Shown here in pieces: positions 52,505 to 63,149 of a DNA stretch of 64,000 nt (the stretch's first letter is position 1; each line of letters starts with the position of its first letter). The translations under genes and the position numbers were made by a program. Under the pieces are notes generated by a model. That model saw nothing but the letters and a program-made list of their open reading frames with translations, had not been told where the DNA came from and did no database searches. Source of the DNA: Acidimicrobiales bacterium (lineage in GTDB: Bacteria > Actinomycetota > Acidimicrobiia > Acidimicrobiales > CAIXPF01); assembly GCA_041394365.1 (NCBI GenBank), contig JAWKIM010000015.1, forward strand, positions 69,658-133,657. The letters run 5' to 3'.

Positions 52505-54004
52505 TCAGTGATCGGTTGCGGGCGCAGCGCGGTGTGAGGAGGAGCCGGCCGGGAACGTGAACAGGATCAGCACCGCGCTGAGGCCCATCATGGCGGTGAC
52601 CCACAGCCAGCCGTTCCGGTAGCCGGTGAACCCCTCGGCGGCCGCGAGCAAGGTGATGGCCACCGAGATGCCCACGCCGTAGAACACCTGCATGATCGTG
52701 CGCAGCGTGGCGTTGGCCACCCCGAAACGGGCCTGGTCCACGTCGCTGACCGACGCACTGAACCACGACGCGATCGACATGCCGGTGCCGAGGCCGGCGA
52801 TCATGCTGATCGGTACGAAGCGGGTCCACACCTGTGGGGTCTCGCTCAACAGCAGCAGGTACAGCAGCGGGCTGAGGGCGAGGAGCGCCGAACCGATGCC
52901 GATCAGCCAACGGTGCCCGTACCGGTCGGCCGTGCGCCCGGTGACCACCGACGTGACCGTGGCCAGCAGCGGTCCCGGGGTCAGCGCGGCGCCGGTCCGC
53001 AGGATCGACTGGTCCCACAGGTTCTGCAACAGCAACGAGTTGAGCAGGAACTGCGAGGTGAAGCCCATGGAGTAGAAGGCCACCGCCAGGTTGGTGGACG
53101 AGAACGAGCGGTGGCGGTAGAGCGACAGGTCGAGCAGCGGCTCCGGATGGCGTTTGGAGCGGGCGATGAGCAGCGCGATCAACCCCACTGCGGCGACGGC
53201 GGGGGCCAGCACCCGCACGTTGGCCAAGCCCCACTGCTCCGACTGCACGATGGCGAACATCCCCATCGCCACCCCGGCCGTACCGATTGGTATGCCAAGG
53301 AGGTCCATGCGCCCGCTGGCGTCGGGGTTGCGGGACTCCCGGAAGATGCGCCGACCGAGCACCAGCACCAGCAGGCACAGCGGCACGTTGATGAGGAACA
53401 CGAAGCGCCACGACCCCAACCGGATCAGCACCGACCCCAACGACGGGCCGAACGCCGCGCCCAGCGAGCCGGTGGCGCCCCAGAACCCGACCGCCGTCGA
53501 ACGACGCGACAGCGGGAACTCCGGCAGGACCAGGGCCAACGAGGCGGGCATGAGCACGGCGCCGCCGATGGCCTGCACCACCCGCGCCGCGATGAGGAAG
53601 CCGGTGTTCGGCGCCATACCGCACAGCAGGGAGCCCACCATGAAGGCGGCCACGCCGGGCAGGAACACCTTCTTGCGGCCCAGGCTGTCGGCCAGGCGGC
53701 CGCCGAGCAACAGGAAGGCGGCGACGCCGATGTTGTAGCCCGACACGATCCAGCTGAGCGACGTCTCCGACGCGCCCAGATCGGTGCGGATGGTGGGGAA
53801 CGCGACGTTGACCACCGACACGTCGACCACCACGAGGAACGAGACCATGGTGGCCACCCCGAGCGCCAACCACGCCTGGCGGGGGACCGCCTCCGCCCCG
53901 GGCGGGCCCGCCGCCGTCGGCGCCCCTGACCGGTCCCCGTTCGCATGGCTGCGGACCCTATCCCAGCGGCGCGGCGCTCCGCCCGCACCAGACTGCAGCA
54001 CCAT
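52505..54004 (-). CDS. MFS transporter, DHA2/EmrB-like (14 TM)
   Basis: ORF 52505..54034: VVDVSVVNVAFPTI, SWIVSGYNIGVAAFLLLGGRLADSLGRKK, 14 hydrophobic segments. Start chosen at MVLQ; could be further in. Confidence 0.85.
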   Translation of the reverse strand: MVLQSGAGGAPRRWDRVRSHANGDRSGAPTAAGPPGAEAVPRQAWLALGVATMVSFLVVVDVSVVNVAFPTIRTDLGASETSLSWIVSGYNIGVAAFLLLGGRLADSLGRKKVFLPGVAAFMVGSLLCGMAPNTGFLIAARVVQAIGGAVLMPASLALVLPEFPLSRRSTAVGFWGATGSLGAAFGPSLGSVLIRLGSWRFVFLINVPLCLLVLVLGRRIFRESRNPDASGRMDLLGIPIGTAGVAMGMFAIVQSEQWGLANVRVLAPAVAAVGLIALLIARSKRHPEPLLDLSLYRHRSFSSTNLAVAFYSMGFTSQFLLNSLLLQNLWDQSILRTGAALTPGPLLATVTSVVTGRTADRYGHRWLIGIGSALLALSPLLYLLLLSETPQVWTRFVPISMIAGLGTGMSIASWFSASVSDVDQARFGVANATLRTIMQVFYGVGISVAITLLAAAEGFTGYRNGWLWVTAMMGLSAVLILFTFPAGSSSHRAAPATDH

Positions 54005-54848
54005 GGACGCCCGACCCACCGGTTCCGACCCCACCCGCTACCGCACCGACGGCGCCCGCTTCCTCGGGGTGCGGCCGTCGGTGCAGGACGACCCCGACCG
54101 CTGGACGCTGCCGTTGCACCGCGGCCTCACCGGCGGTAAGGGCGGCCTGTTCGGCGGCTGTGCGGTGGGCGCCGCCATCACCGGGCTCGAGGCCCGCACC
54201 GGCCGGCCGCTGCGCTGGATCACGACGCAGTTCCTCGCTGCGGTGGCGCCACCGGACGTGCTGCACTTCGAGGTGGTCGAGGCGGTGGACGGCCGCAACG
54301 TCGCCCAGGCCGGCGTCCGCGTCGCCACCGAGCCGAGCGGCGGGCGCAGCGCGCTGCTGGTGTCGGCCGCGCTGGGCGGCCGGCCCGGCGGCGACGAGCG
54401 TCGCTACCACCGCCCGCCCACCGTCCCGCCGCCGCAGGATTGCCCGTCGATGACGCAGCTCGGCGCCGGGGGCGGTCTGCGCGAGCGCTTCGACATCCGG
54501 GCCGTGCCGGTCCCGGCCGAGCAGGCTGCGCCGCAGACCGGTCGCAGCGCGTGGTGGGTGGGCGCCGGCGGGGTGGACGTGGCCTCACCGGAGTTGCTGG
54601 CGGTGGCGGTGGACTTCGTGCCGTTCTCCCTGACCGCCGCCCTCGACCGCCCCGTGTTCGGCGCCAGCCTGGACAACACGGTGCGGCTCGTCGATCGTGC
54701 GTGCGCCGAGTGGGTGCTCGTGGACACCGCCGTCGAGGCGCTGGTGGCCGGCATCGGGCAGGTGAGCGCCCGGGTGTGGTCCCCCGAAGGCCACCTGCTG
54801 GCGCTGGCCACCCAGACCTGCGTCGTGTCCGAACGCCCACCGGCGTGA
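54003..54848 (+). CDS. acyl-CoA thioesterase II-like (double hotdog) protein
   Basis: Inner ATG of ORF 53784..54848: GGLFGGCAVGAAI, RWITTQFL, GRNVAQAGV, ASLDNTVRL, ARVWSPEGHLLALATQ. Confidence 0.6.
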   Translation: MDARPTGSDPTRYRTDGARFLGVRPSVQDDPDRWTLPLHRGLTGGKGGLFGGCAVGAAITGLEARTGRPLRWITTQFLAAVAPPDVLHFEVVEAVDGRNVAQAGVRVATEPSGGRSALLVSAALGGRPGGDERRYHRPPTVPPPQDCPSMTQLGAGGGLRERFDIRAVPVPAEQAAPQTGRSAWWVGAGGVDVASPELLAVAVDFVPFSLTAALDRPVFGASLDNTVRLVDRACAEWVLVDTAVEALVAGIGQVSARVWSPEGHLLALATQTCVVSERPPA

Positions 54849-54864
54849 CCCGACCGGCCGGCCG

Positions 54865-55823
54865 TCAACCGATGAGGTGGGCGGCGGATCAGCCGGGGGT
54901 CGAGCACCTGGCGGCGACCGTCCATCTCGGCGTAGGGCACCCGCACGATGGCGCCATCGCGGCGGCCCACGAAGCAGCTGCGGTCCCCGGCGAGCAGGGC
55001 GTCGACCGCCTCCACTGCGAACAGGGCGCCGAGGATGCGGTCGGCGGCGCTGGGTGAACCGCCGCGCTGCACATGGCCCAGCACGGTCAGGCGGAACTCG
55101 AGGTCCAGCAGCCCCGCCACCGAGGCGGCCGCCTGCTCGGCGCTGCCGGCCGGGCGCCCTCGGACAGCACGACGATGACCGACCGCTTGCCGGCCCGCAG
55201 CTCCTCGGAGATGCGGGCGGCGAGCGTGCGGTCGTCGAGCTCGGCCTCGGGCACCAGCACCGCCTCGGCCCCGCCGGCCACGGCGGCGTGCAGGGCGATG
55301 GCCCCGCAGTGGCGGCCCATCACCTCGACGAAGTGCAGCAGCTCGTGGGAGCTGGCGGTGTCGCGGATGCGGTCGATCGCCTCCACTGCGGTGTTCACCG
55401 CGGTGTCGAAGCCCAAGGTGACATCGGTGCCGGCCACGTCGTTGTCGATCGTGCCGGGGATGCCGACCGTCGCCGGCCCGCCGGCCGCTTCCAGGGCGGC
55501 GCCGCCTGGAACGTGCCGTCGCCGCCGATGAGCACGAGGGCATCGATGCCGTGGCGGGCGAGGATGGCAACCGCCTCGGCGAGGCCCTGCTCGGTGCGCA
55601 TGCGGGGCGACCGCGACGTGCCCAGCACCGTGCCGCCCCGCTGCACGATGTTGACGATCGACGGACGGGTCAGCGGCTCGATGGCCTCGTCGTAGATCCC
55701 GGCGTAGCCCCGGCGGATGCCCACCACGTCGACCCCGCGCTCCAGTCCGGTGCGCACCACCGACCGGATGCAGGCGTTCATCCCCGGCGCGTCGCCCCCG
55801 CTGGTCAGCACTCCCATGCGCAT
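54865..55823 (-). pseudogene. pfkA: 6-phosphofructokinase, at least 3 frameshifts (near 55510, 55150, 54885)
   Basis: MRMGVLTSGGDAPGMNACIRSVV, LVLIGGDGT, GIPGTIDNDV, EVMGRHCG, LGHVQRGGSPSA read across three minus frames. Reconstructed end ..LIRAAHLIG. Confidence 0.8.
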
Positions 55824-55898
55824 CGCGTCACCTCCGACCCGGATGCTAGGGACCGACCCGTCCGCAACGGGAATGTCGCGGCGGACAGGGGCCGGGGC

Positions 55899-57473
55899 TC
55901 ACCAGGGATCGATCGGGTGCTTGCGGGCGGTTCGGGCCGACGGTGTGGGCAGCGCCGCCAACGTACGGGACAGTATGGTCCGGGTGTCGGCGGGGTCGAT
56001 GATGTCGTCGAGGGCGAAGCCCCGGGCGTAGGCCAGGCCGGTGTTGCGCTCCTTGAGCTCCTCGGTCAGCCGGGCCCGCAGCTCCTTGCGGGTGGGTTCG
56101 TCGGCCGCGGCGGCCAGTTCGTCGCGGTGGATGATGTTGACCGCCCCCTCGAGGCCCATGCCCCCGAACTCGGCGGTGGGCCAGCCCGCGATCAGCACCG
56201 GCTCGAAGCAGTCGCAGCCCATCACGTAGTACCCGAGCCCGTAGGCCTTGCGCAGGATGATGGTGAGGAACGGGACGTCGGCGTTGCCCAGCGCCATGAG
56301 GGTGCGGGCGCTGTGGCGCACCAGCGCGGTCTCCTCCGCGCCGCGGCCGATCATGAACCCGGGCGTGTCGCACAGGAACAGCAACGGCAGGTCGTAGGCG
56401 TTGCAGAGCTCGACGAAACGGGAGAACTTGTCGGCGCCGTCCCGGTCGATCGCCCCGGCGCCGAACATGGGGTTGTTGGCGATCACGCCGAGGGGACGGC
56501 CCTCGATGCGGATGAGCGAGGTCGACAGGCACCGGCCCCAGGTGGGCCGCAGCTCCAGCACGGAACCGGCGTCGGCCACCGCGGTGACGATCTTGCGCAC
56601 GTCATAGGCCCGGCGCGGGTTCTCCGGGACGATGCGGCGCAGCGCGTCGGCATCGCCCGGCGCGTCGATGGCCGCCGCCCGGGTGTGCTCGGGCCCGCTG
56701 AAGTAGCCGAGGTAGCGGCGGGCGGTGGCCAGCAGCTCGGTCTCGTCGGCCACCAGCAGGTCGACGGTGCCGATGCGCTCGTGGAGGTCCATCGGGCCGA
56801 TGTCTTCGGGGGTGACGTTGGCACCGGTGGCCGAGAGCACCAACGGCGGGCCCGACAGCCCCAGCGTGGAGGTGCGGGTGGCGATGACCACGTCGGCGCA
56901 GCCGGCGATGTTGGCCTGCCCGGCGAAGGCCGGGCCCGACAGCAGGCACACCATGGGCACCAAGCCGCTCATGCGGGCGAACTGCACGAACGTGGTGACC
57001 ATCCCGCCGTCGTAGTCCAGTTCGTTGGCCCGGGCGCCACCGCCCTCCGACCAGCACACCACCGGCCAACGGTTGCGTTCGGCCAGGGCCAGCATGCGGT
57101 CCATCTTGCGGTGGTTGCGCGGGCTCTGGCTGCCGCCGAAGACGGTGTAGTCGTAGGTGAAGGCGCACACCGGGCGACCGTCGACCAGGCCGACCCCCAT
57201 GATCAGACCGTCGGCGGGGCCGTCGCCCAGCGCCCGGGTCTTGGGCTGGGCCAGCTGCCCGTACTCGACGAACGTGTCGGGGTCGAACAGTGCGGCGATG
57301 CGTTCCCGGGCCGTCCACCGCCCCCGGTCGTGTTGGCGTCGGACGGCGGCGGTGCGGTTGGCGTCGAGCGTGGCCGCTCGTGCGTCGTAGAGCTGCTGCA
57401 AGCGCATCGGCACCGCCGCGTCGCCGCTCGCGCCCGCCTCCCCGGTCTGCTCGGTCTGCTCGGTCTGGACCAT
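55899..57473 (-). CDS. acyl-CoA carboxylase carboxyltransferase (beta) subunit (PccB/AccD-like)
   Basis: ORF 55899..57473, intact: RERIAALFDPDTFVEYG, FGGSQS, VIANNPMFGAGAIDRDGADK, LLFLCDTPGFMIG, WPTAEFGGMGLEGAV. Confidence 0.9.
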   Translation of the reverse strand: MVQTEQTEQTGEAGASGDAAVPMRLQQLYDARAATLDANRTAAVRRQHDRGRWTARERIAALFDPDTFVEYGQLAQPKTRALGDGPADGLIMGVGLVDGRPVCAFTYDYTVFGGSQSPRNHRKMDRMLALAERNRWPVVCWSEGGGARANELDYDGGMVTTFVQFARMSGLVPMVCLLSGPAFAGQANIAGCADVVIATRTSTLGLSGPPLVLSATGANVTPEDIGPMDLHERIGTVDLLVADETELLATARRYLGYFSGPEHTRAAAIDAPGDADALRRIVPENPRRAYDVRKIVTAVADAGSVLELRPTWGRCLSTSLIRIEGRPLGVIANNPMFGAGAIDRDGADKFSRFVELCNAYDLPLLFLCDTPGFMIGRGAEETALVRHSARTLMALGNADVPFLTIILRKAYGLGYYVMGCDCFEPVLIAGWPTAEFGGMGLEGAVNIIHRDELAAAADEPTRKELRARLTEELKERNTGLAYARGFALDDIIDPADTRTILSRTLAALPTPSARTARKHPIDPW

Positions 57474-57517
57474 GGCCGGAACCTAGCCGTCCGGGCACCG
57501 GTGCCGACCTCCGTCGG

Positions 57518-58582
57518 TCACGGACGCCGATGGTCCGCCGGCGCCGAGCCCACGCTGTCGGCCACCTCCGCCCCGCGCGCACCGAGCGGGCGAGGCGCGC
57601 CGGTCGTGCTGTCCCGAGCGGTCTGGTGCTCGATCTCGGCGTTGAGCTGGGCGCCGGCGAGGATGACGAAGGAGGTGAGGTACAACCAGAACAGCAGGAT
57701 CACCACCGCGGCCAGCGAACCGTAGGTCTCGTTGTAGGAACCGAAGTTGGTGACGTAGATCTGGAAGCCGACGGAGGCGATCGCCCACACCACCACGGCG
57801 ATGACCGACCCCCACGACACCCAACGCCAGCGGGCGTGCTCGCGGTCGGGGCCGTGCCGGTACAGCACCGCCAGTGCGGCGACGAAGCCGGCCATCACCA
57901 GCGGCACCCACAGCAGCCGCACCGCCCAGCCGGCGACGCCACCGAGATCGGCCTGGGCCGCCGCCCATGACAGCAGGCCGATGCCGACGCCCACGGCCAC
58001 CACACCGAGCACGGCGCCGATGGTGAACAGCAGCGCCTGGCCCTTGCGGGCGAACCAGCTGCGCTCCTCGTCCTCGTCGTAGGCGACGTTGATCGCCTCG
58101 ATCAGGTGGCCCATGGCGCTCGACGCCGACCACAACGACAACGCCACGCCGATGATGGCGCCGCCGGTCAGCGCCCCGCTGTTCTGCTCCACCACGTTGG
58201 CGAGCTGGTCCTGCAGCAGTGACTGCGCCTCTTGGGGCAGCGCGCCGAACAACGACTCGACCCGCTGCTCGACCTCGGCGGGGTCGGTGAACAGGCCGTA
58301 GATCGAGACCACGGTGGCCAGGGCCGGGACGGAGGCCAGGAAGCCGAAGAAGGCCACGCCGGCCGCCGCCAGGGACACGTGGTCATCGCCGATCTCGCGC
58401 TTCACCCGGCGGGCGATGTCGAGCCAACCCCGCGCCGGGATGTCGGTCGGGCGCTTGGCGTCCCGACCGCGGTCCTCGCCCGATCCCGGGGAGCCGTCGC
58501 GGATCCGGGTCCCGTCGGGCTCGCGACCCGACGTTGGCTCGGGAGGGGTGGTCCGGGCGTGGCGGGCGACTCGTTCTGCCAT
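57518..58582 (-). CDS. YihY/BrkB (virulence factor BrkB / RNase BN-like) family membrane protein
   Basis: ORF 57518..58582: LAAAGVAFFGFLASVPAL, SYNETYGSLAAVVILLFWLYLTSFVILAGAQLNAE. Confidence 0.85.
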   Translation of the reverse strand: MAERVARHARTTPPEPTSGREPDGTRIRDGSPGSGEDRGRDAKRPTDIPARGWLDIARRVKREIGDDHVSLAAAGVAFFGFLASVPALATVVSIYGLFTDPAEVEQRVESLFGALPQEAQSLLQDQLANVVEQNSGALTGGAIIGVALSLWSASSAMGHLIEAINVAYDEDEERSWFARKGQALLFTIGAVLGVVAVGVGIGLLSWAAAQADLGGVAGWAVRLLWVPLVMAGFVAALAVLYRHGPDREHARWRWVSWGSVIAVVVWAIASVGFQIYVTNFGSYNETYGSLAAVVILLFWLYLTSFVILAGAQLNAEIEHQTARDSTTGAPRPLGARGAEVADSVGSAPADHRRP

Positions 58583-58857
58583 GGTAGGGCGCTACCCGTT
58601 GCCGGCCTCATCGATGCCCGCCGGGCGGTCCGGGCCCGCTGCTCGGTGCCGACCATGCCGAATGGTATGGAGAGTGCTGATCGGTATGGCGAGGGTCCGA
58701 CCGATCTGCATCCGAGGCGCCAGGGTCGAAAGCCCCGTTGCTGTGGGCACGGTTGTGTCAAAGCGGTGTCCGGTCGACCTGGCGTGCCCTGGCCGACACC
58801 GTTCGCCGTAGGCTGCAATGCGTGCTCGGATCGTCACGTTCAGCGTCGGAATCGGAG

Positions 58858-60230
58858 ATGTTCTCGCAGCTGGCGGTGGGTGGCGACCGCTCGAAATCGG
58901 CTCCGGCCGACGATGCTGGGCGGCTGACCCGCTTGACCCGGTTGGCGGCGTTGGCGGCCGCCGCCTTCGGGGCGCCGATGGCCGCCATCAGCCTGTGCGA
59001 AGGCGGCCGTCGGTGGTCGGTGGCCAGCAGCGGCGTGAGCGCCGCCCGGGTGCGGCAGGATCCGGTGCTGTGCCTCCTCGTCGTGGGCGAACCACAAGAG
59101 GACCCGTTGTTGGTGGCCGACGTGCGCGCCGACGCCCGCTTCGAGCGCAGCACGCTCGTCCGGGGCGAGGAGGCGATCCGCTCGTTCGCCGGCGTGCCCG
59201 TCCGCGACCCCGGCGGTCGGGTGATCGGAGCGGTCTGCGTGTTCGATCCCCGTGTGGGCTGCGCCGCCGAGGGCCCCGTCGGCTGCTTGCGTGACGTCGC
59301 CGCCCTGGTGGAGCAGGAGTTGGCCGACCGGGCGCTCACCAGCGCGTTTCGGGCGGCGCTCGACCGCTACCGGGCGCTGCTCGAACACGCCACCGACCTG
59401 CACCTGGTGCTCGACGAGGCCAGGCGCGTGGTGCTCGTCTCGCCATCGGTGGAGCGCATGCTCGATGTCGCAGCGGATGTCGAGGATCTCGGCGGGCAGC
59501 TGCTGGCCCACGTGCACCCCCAGGATCGGCCGGAGGTGCTCGGGTTCCTCGATCGGGTGGAGGGGGGCCTCACCGCCCAGACCGCCACCGCCCGACTGCT
59601 CGATGTGCACGGCCGCTGGCGTCGCTACGAGTTCGTCGGGCGCAACCACCTGCACGACCACGGCATCGCCGCCCTGATCATCACCGGGCGCGATGTGACC
59701 GACCGCGATGCGGTCATCCAGCAGCTCACGCACCTGGCTACCCACGACCACCTCACCGGGCTGGCGAACCGGGCCAACCTGCGCGCCGCGTTGAAGACCA
59801 CGCTCGCCCGCGTCGCCCGCGATGGTCACATCGCCGCCGTCTGCTGCATCGATCTGGATCGGTTCAAGGCCGTGAACGACACCTGGGGCCATGCGGCCGG
59901 CGACGTGGTGCTGCGGGCCGCGGGCCAGCGCATCGCAGCCATCGTGCGGGAGGGGGACACCGCCGCCCGAGTGGGTGGTGACGAGTTCGTGGTGCTGCTC
60001 GATCCCGTCGCTTCCGAGCTCGACGCTGAGCACGTGGCGGCGCGTCTGCGCGACGCGGTGGAAGCGATCGACCTCACCGCCCCCCTGGTGACGATCGGCG
60101 CCAGCATCGGTGTGGCCATCTGCGAGCCGACCGACACCATCGACTCGGTCCTGGCGCGCGCCGATCAGGCCCTCTACCGGGACAAGCGGCGGCGGACGTC
60201 CCCGGTCGACGAGCCCCGGCCGTACCTAAC
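58858..60230 (+). CDS. GAF-PAS-GGDEF diguanylate cyclase; 3' end uncertain
   Basis: ATG at 58858 within ORF 58738..61311. GAF-like LVADVRADARF..FAGVPV, PAS-like HPQDRPEV, HDHLTGLANR, RVGGDEFVVLL, ADQALYRDKRRR. The ORF then reads on for 1.1 kb with no domain-like sequence; a TAA at 60227-60229 in a neighbouring frame would end it. Confidence 0.8.
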
Positions 60231-60495
60231 GGTACGCCCGGCTGACCCGGCTGGCGGGCAGCCGGCGCCGGCGCCCGTCGTCCAAGCGCAGCACGACCTC
60301 GTTGCGGGTGCGCAGCGTGTCCACCACGATGCCGGTGGCTCCCCGGTAGGAGCGGTGACGCCACCCGGTGCGGGTCACCCGGACGAGATCGCCCGGCTGC
60401 AGGGCCCCGGAGGCGGGACCGGGCCGGGCCGTGCGGTGGTCGGTGGCAGTGGACGGGAGCGGTTGTGCGCCGGCGGAGAGGTGCCAAGGGAACAT
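60226..60495 (-). CDS. small hypothetical protein (SH3/KOW-like beta-rich C-terminus)
   Basis: Tail of ORF 60226..60981 from MFPWH: LQPGDLVRVTRTGWRHRSYRGATGIVVDTLRTRNEVVLRLDDG. Weak support. Confidence 0.3.
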   Translation of the reverse strand: MFPWHLSAGAQPLPSTATDHRTARPGPASGALQPGDLVRVTRTGWRHRSYRGATGIVVDTLRTRNEVVLRLDDGRRRRLPASRVSRAYR

Positions 60496-60656
60496 GGCGA
60501 TGACGTACCCAGCGGGCTGCGTGGTTGCACGGGTCGGGTGCGGCGATCCTCCGTGCGACGGCCGTCGATGCTGGCTCGGCTGTCGATGCTGGCTCGGACG
60601 CGCTCCACAGCGCCGTCGCATGGAGCTCGGGCGCAGACTCGCCATACCGAGCGGTA

Positions 60657-61342
60657 TCACCGGCGGACGGCTCGGCCGTGCAGCCACAGGCCGGTTGCGA
60701 GCAACAGGGCGCCCAGGACCAGGAAGCCGACGTCCCACACCCAGACGTTGTCCACGTCGCTGGCCATGCGCACGTGGTGCAGCTGCAAGATGTGGTGGTC
60801 GACCACTCCCTCCACCAGGTTGAAGGTGCCCCGCCGGCCAGCACCGCACCGAGCAACGACGCCCACGAGAAGGGGCCGGATCGGCGCAGCACCGCCGGAC
60901 CCTCCGGCGATGCGTCGGTGCGTGTACCACGGCGGCGAGCGCATGCGGGCCCGTCTCAACAGGGGGCGGCGGCCTCCTCACCCACCCGGGCGGGCAGTGC
61001 CGGGCCGGCCGGGCGCAGCGTGTTCGACTGCGTGGATCGTGTGGCGTCGCGCAGCGCCCACAACGTGCGGGGCAACGCCACCGTGTCGCGGGCCCAACGC
61101 ACGAGGAACGGGTCGTGGAGCACGTCAGGTGGGTGGCGGTGGCGGTGCACGACGGCGACGTACCACAGCGCCACCGGTATGCCGAGGCCCACGGTCATCC
61201 CGATGGCCAGCACGACCACCACCAGCGTCGGCTGCTTGCCCGCCCGTTCGTACATCTCCCTCGGTGCCCGGCGGGCGGCGGCCAGGGCGAGGGACCCCGG
61301 CACCAGCGTGAACACCAGCGCGGCGAGCAGGCCGCCGATCAT
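60657..61342 (-). pseudogene. membrane protein with DUF2243-like C-terminal half, frameshifted
   Basis: MIGGLLAALVFTLVPGSLALAAA..PTLVVVVLAIGMTVGLGIPVALWYVAVV (tail of ORF 60956..62473), then PFSWASLLGAVLAG / GTFNLVEGVVDHHILQLHHV..WDVGFLVLGALLLATGLWL (ORFs 60074..60892 and 60657..60959). Confidence 0.4.
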
Positions 61343-61447
61343 CGCGAGCTCCCGGTTCTCATGACCATGCAGTCGCCCGGGCGCTACGTTTGGTTCCCGC
61401 CCGGGCCCCGACCGGGCACGGCCAACGGACGGGAGCAGCGCACGGCC

Positions 61448-62557
61448 ATGAGCACCGACGGCACGCTGATCGACGATGACCTGCACGTGGGCTGGTTCAT
61501 CCCCACCTCGGGCGACACCACCGCCTACGGCGACCACGACGCCACCGTGCCGCCCAGCATGGAGCTGTTCGATCGGGTGGCGCACGCCGCCGAGGCCGCC
61601 GGGTTCGAGTACGCCCTGGTGCCGGTGCAGACGGCGTGCTGGGAGGCGTGGATCACCTGCGCGATGCTGGCGGCCCGCACCGAGCGCCTGACCATGCTGG
61701 TGGCGGCCCGCCCCGGCCTGATCGCGCCCACGGTGATGGCCAAGATGATCGCCACGTTCGATCAGCTCAGCGGGGGCCGGGTGGCCATCAACCTCATCGC
61801 CGGGGGCGGTCACGCCGAGTTGGCCCAGGACGGCCTCTACGCCGACCACGACGAGCGCTACGCGGTCATGGACGAGACGGTGGCGCTGATGAAGCGAGTG
61901 TGGACCGAGCGCGCCCCGGTCAGCCATGAGGGTGAGCACTTCAAGGTGGAGGGCGCCATCGTGCGCCCCCGCCCCTTGCAGCACCCACACCCGCCGTTCT
62001 TCCTGGGCGGCATCTCCGCCGCCGCCCAGGAGGTCTGCGCCCGCCACGCCGACGTCTACCTGTACTGGGGCGACACGCCGGAGAACATCGCCGTGCGCAT
62101 GGCCGACGCCCGCCGCCGCGCCGCCCACCACGGCCGCGCCGACGCCCTGCGCTTCGGCATGCGGCTCCAGGTGATCGTCGGCGACAGCGAGGCGGAGGCG
62201 TGGGAGGCGGCCGACGCGCTCATCGCCAACGCCGGCGAGTCGCAGCGACGCTCGATCGCCACCATGTGGGAGCAGTCGGAGGCCAACACCCGCATGAAGG
62301 AGCTCACCCGGGCCGAGGGGTATCGCATCGCCCCCCACCTGTGGAGCGGGATCTCGACGGTGCGCCCGGGCGCGGGGGTGTGCGTGGTGGGCGATCCCGA
62401 TCAGGTGGCCGACACGCTGCTGCAGTTCGTGGACATCGGCTGCACCCACTTCTGCCTGTCGGGCTACCCGCACGACGAGGCCGCCACCCGCTTCGGCCGC
62501 GACGTGCTGCCGAAGCTGCGCGCCGGCTTCGACGCCCGCCGCCGCGCCGTGGCCTGA
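61448..62557 (+). CDS. LLM-class flavin-dependent monooxygenase (alkanesulfonate-monooxygenase/SsuD-like)
   Basis: Inner ATG of ORF 61115..62557: VGWFIPTSGD, GFEYALVPV, GGRVAINLIAGG, PHPPFFLGG, GYPHDEAATRFGRDVLP. Confidence 0.85.
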   Translation: MSTDGTLIDDDLHVGWFIPTSGDTTAYGDHDATVPPSMELFDRVAHAAEAAGFEYALVPVQTACWEAWITCAMLAARTERLTMLVAARPGLIAPTVMAKMIATFDQLSGGRVAINLIAGGGHAELAQDGLYADHDERYAVMDETVALMKRVWTERAPVSHEGEHFKVEGAIVRPRPLQHPHPPFFLGGISAAAQEVCARHADVYLYWGDTPENIAVRMADARRRAAHHGRADALRFGMRLQVIVGDSEAEAWEAADALIANAGESQRRSIATMWEQSEANTRMKELTRAEGYRIAPHLWSGISTVRPGAGVCVVGDPDQVADTLLQFVDIGCTHFCLSGYPHDEAATRFGRDVLPKLRAGFDARRRAVA

Positions 62558-62581
62558 ACCGCGCCGCGGTCGGGCGGCGGG

Positions 62582-63068
62582 TCAGATGCCCTGGCTGCGG
62601 TCGAGGAAGGCGAACGCCGTGGCACACGCCGTCTGCGGGCGGTCGATGCCGACCTTCGGACGGCTGGTCACGCAGACCTTCGCCTTCACCGCCGGCGGTT
62701 CGTTGAGCCGGCTCATGTGCAGCTGATCGAGCCCGATGACGTCGGTGACCGAGGCGCAGCCGAGCTCGCGCTCCATCACGGTGGCGGGTGTCGAGCTGTT
62801 GCCCCCGTCGAACCACGAGATCGCGATCGAGGCGCACGAGTTCGGGGCCAGGTGGATGGCGGTGGGCACGTGGAAGCCCTGATCCCGGGCTTGCCCCAGG
62901 TACACCACCTTGCTCCAGGTGAGCTCGGAGTTGAACTCCAGGCGGGACGTGCCGAGCGCGATCCCGTCCACGTCGACGGGCGGCGTGGCTGCGCCGGTCG
63001 GGCCGGCGTCGAGCAGCGGCGCTGCACAGGGCGGCGGCGACGGTGGTGGTGGCGAGCAGACGGCGCAT
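62582..63068 (-). CDS. secreted hypothetical protein (Cys-containing), one frameshift near 63010
   Basis: Signal peptide MRRLLATTTVAAALCSAA (ORF 62304..63068) joins PLLDAGPTGAATPPVDVDGIALGTSRLEF..ISWFDGGNSS (ORF 62582..63100). Confidence 0.45.
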
Positions 63069-63149
63069 GGCGGGAACCTCCTGGCAGCGGCACCGCCCAT
63101 CGGTGCCGTCGAGGGGCTGTACGCCGTCGCCGCCGGATCGGTTCCGGGG

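Noticed and set aside
58583-58857. c-di-GMP (GEMM) riboswitch upstream of the diguanylate cyclase; also a GGTATGG(A/C)GAG direct repeat at 58653 and 58679.
   Set aside because: GGTCGAAAGCCCC only superficially resembles the GEMM ACGCAAAGCC core, and the other conserved elements are missing. The direct repeat is short (11 nt, one mismatch) and unsupported by anything else.
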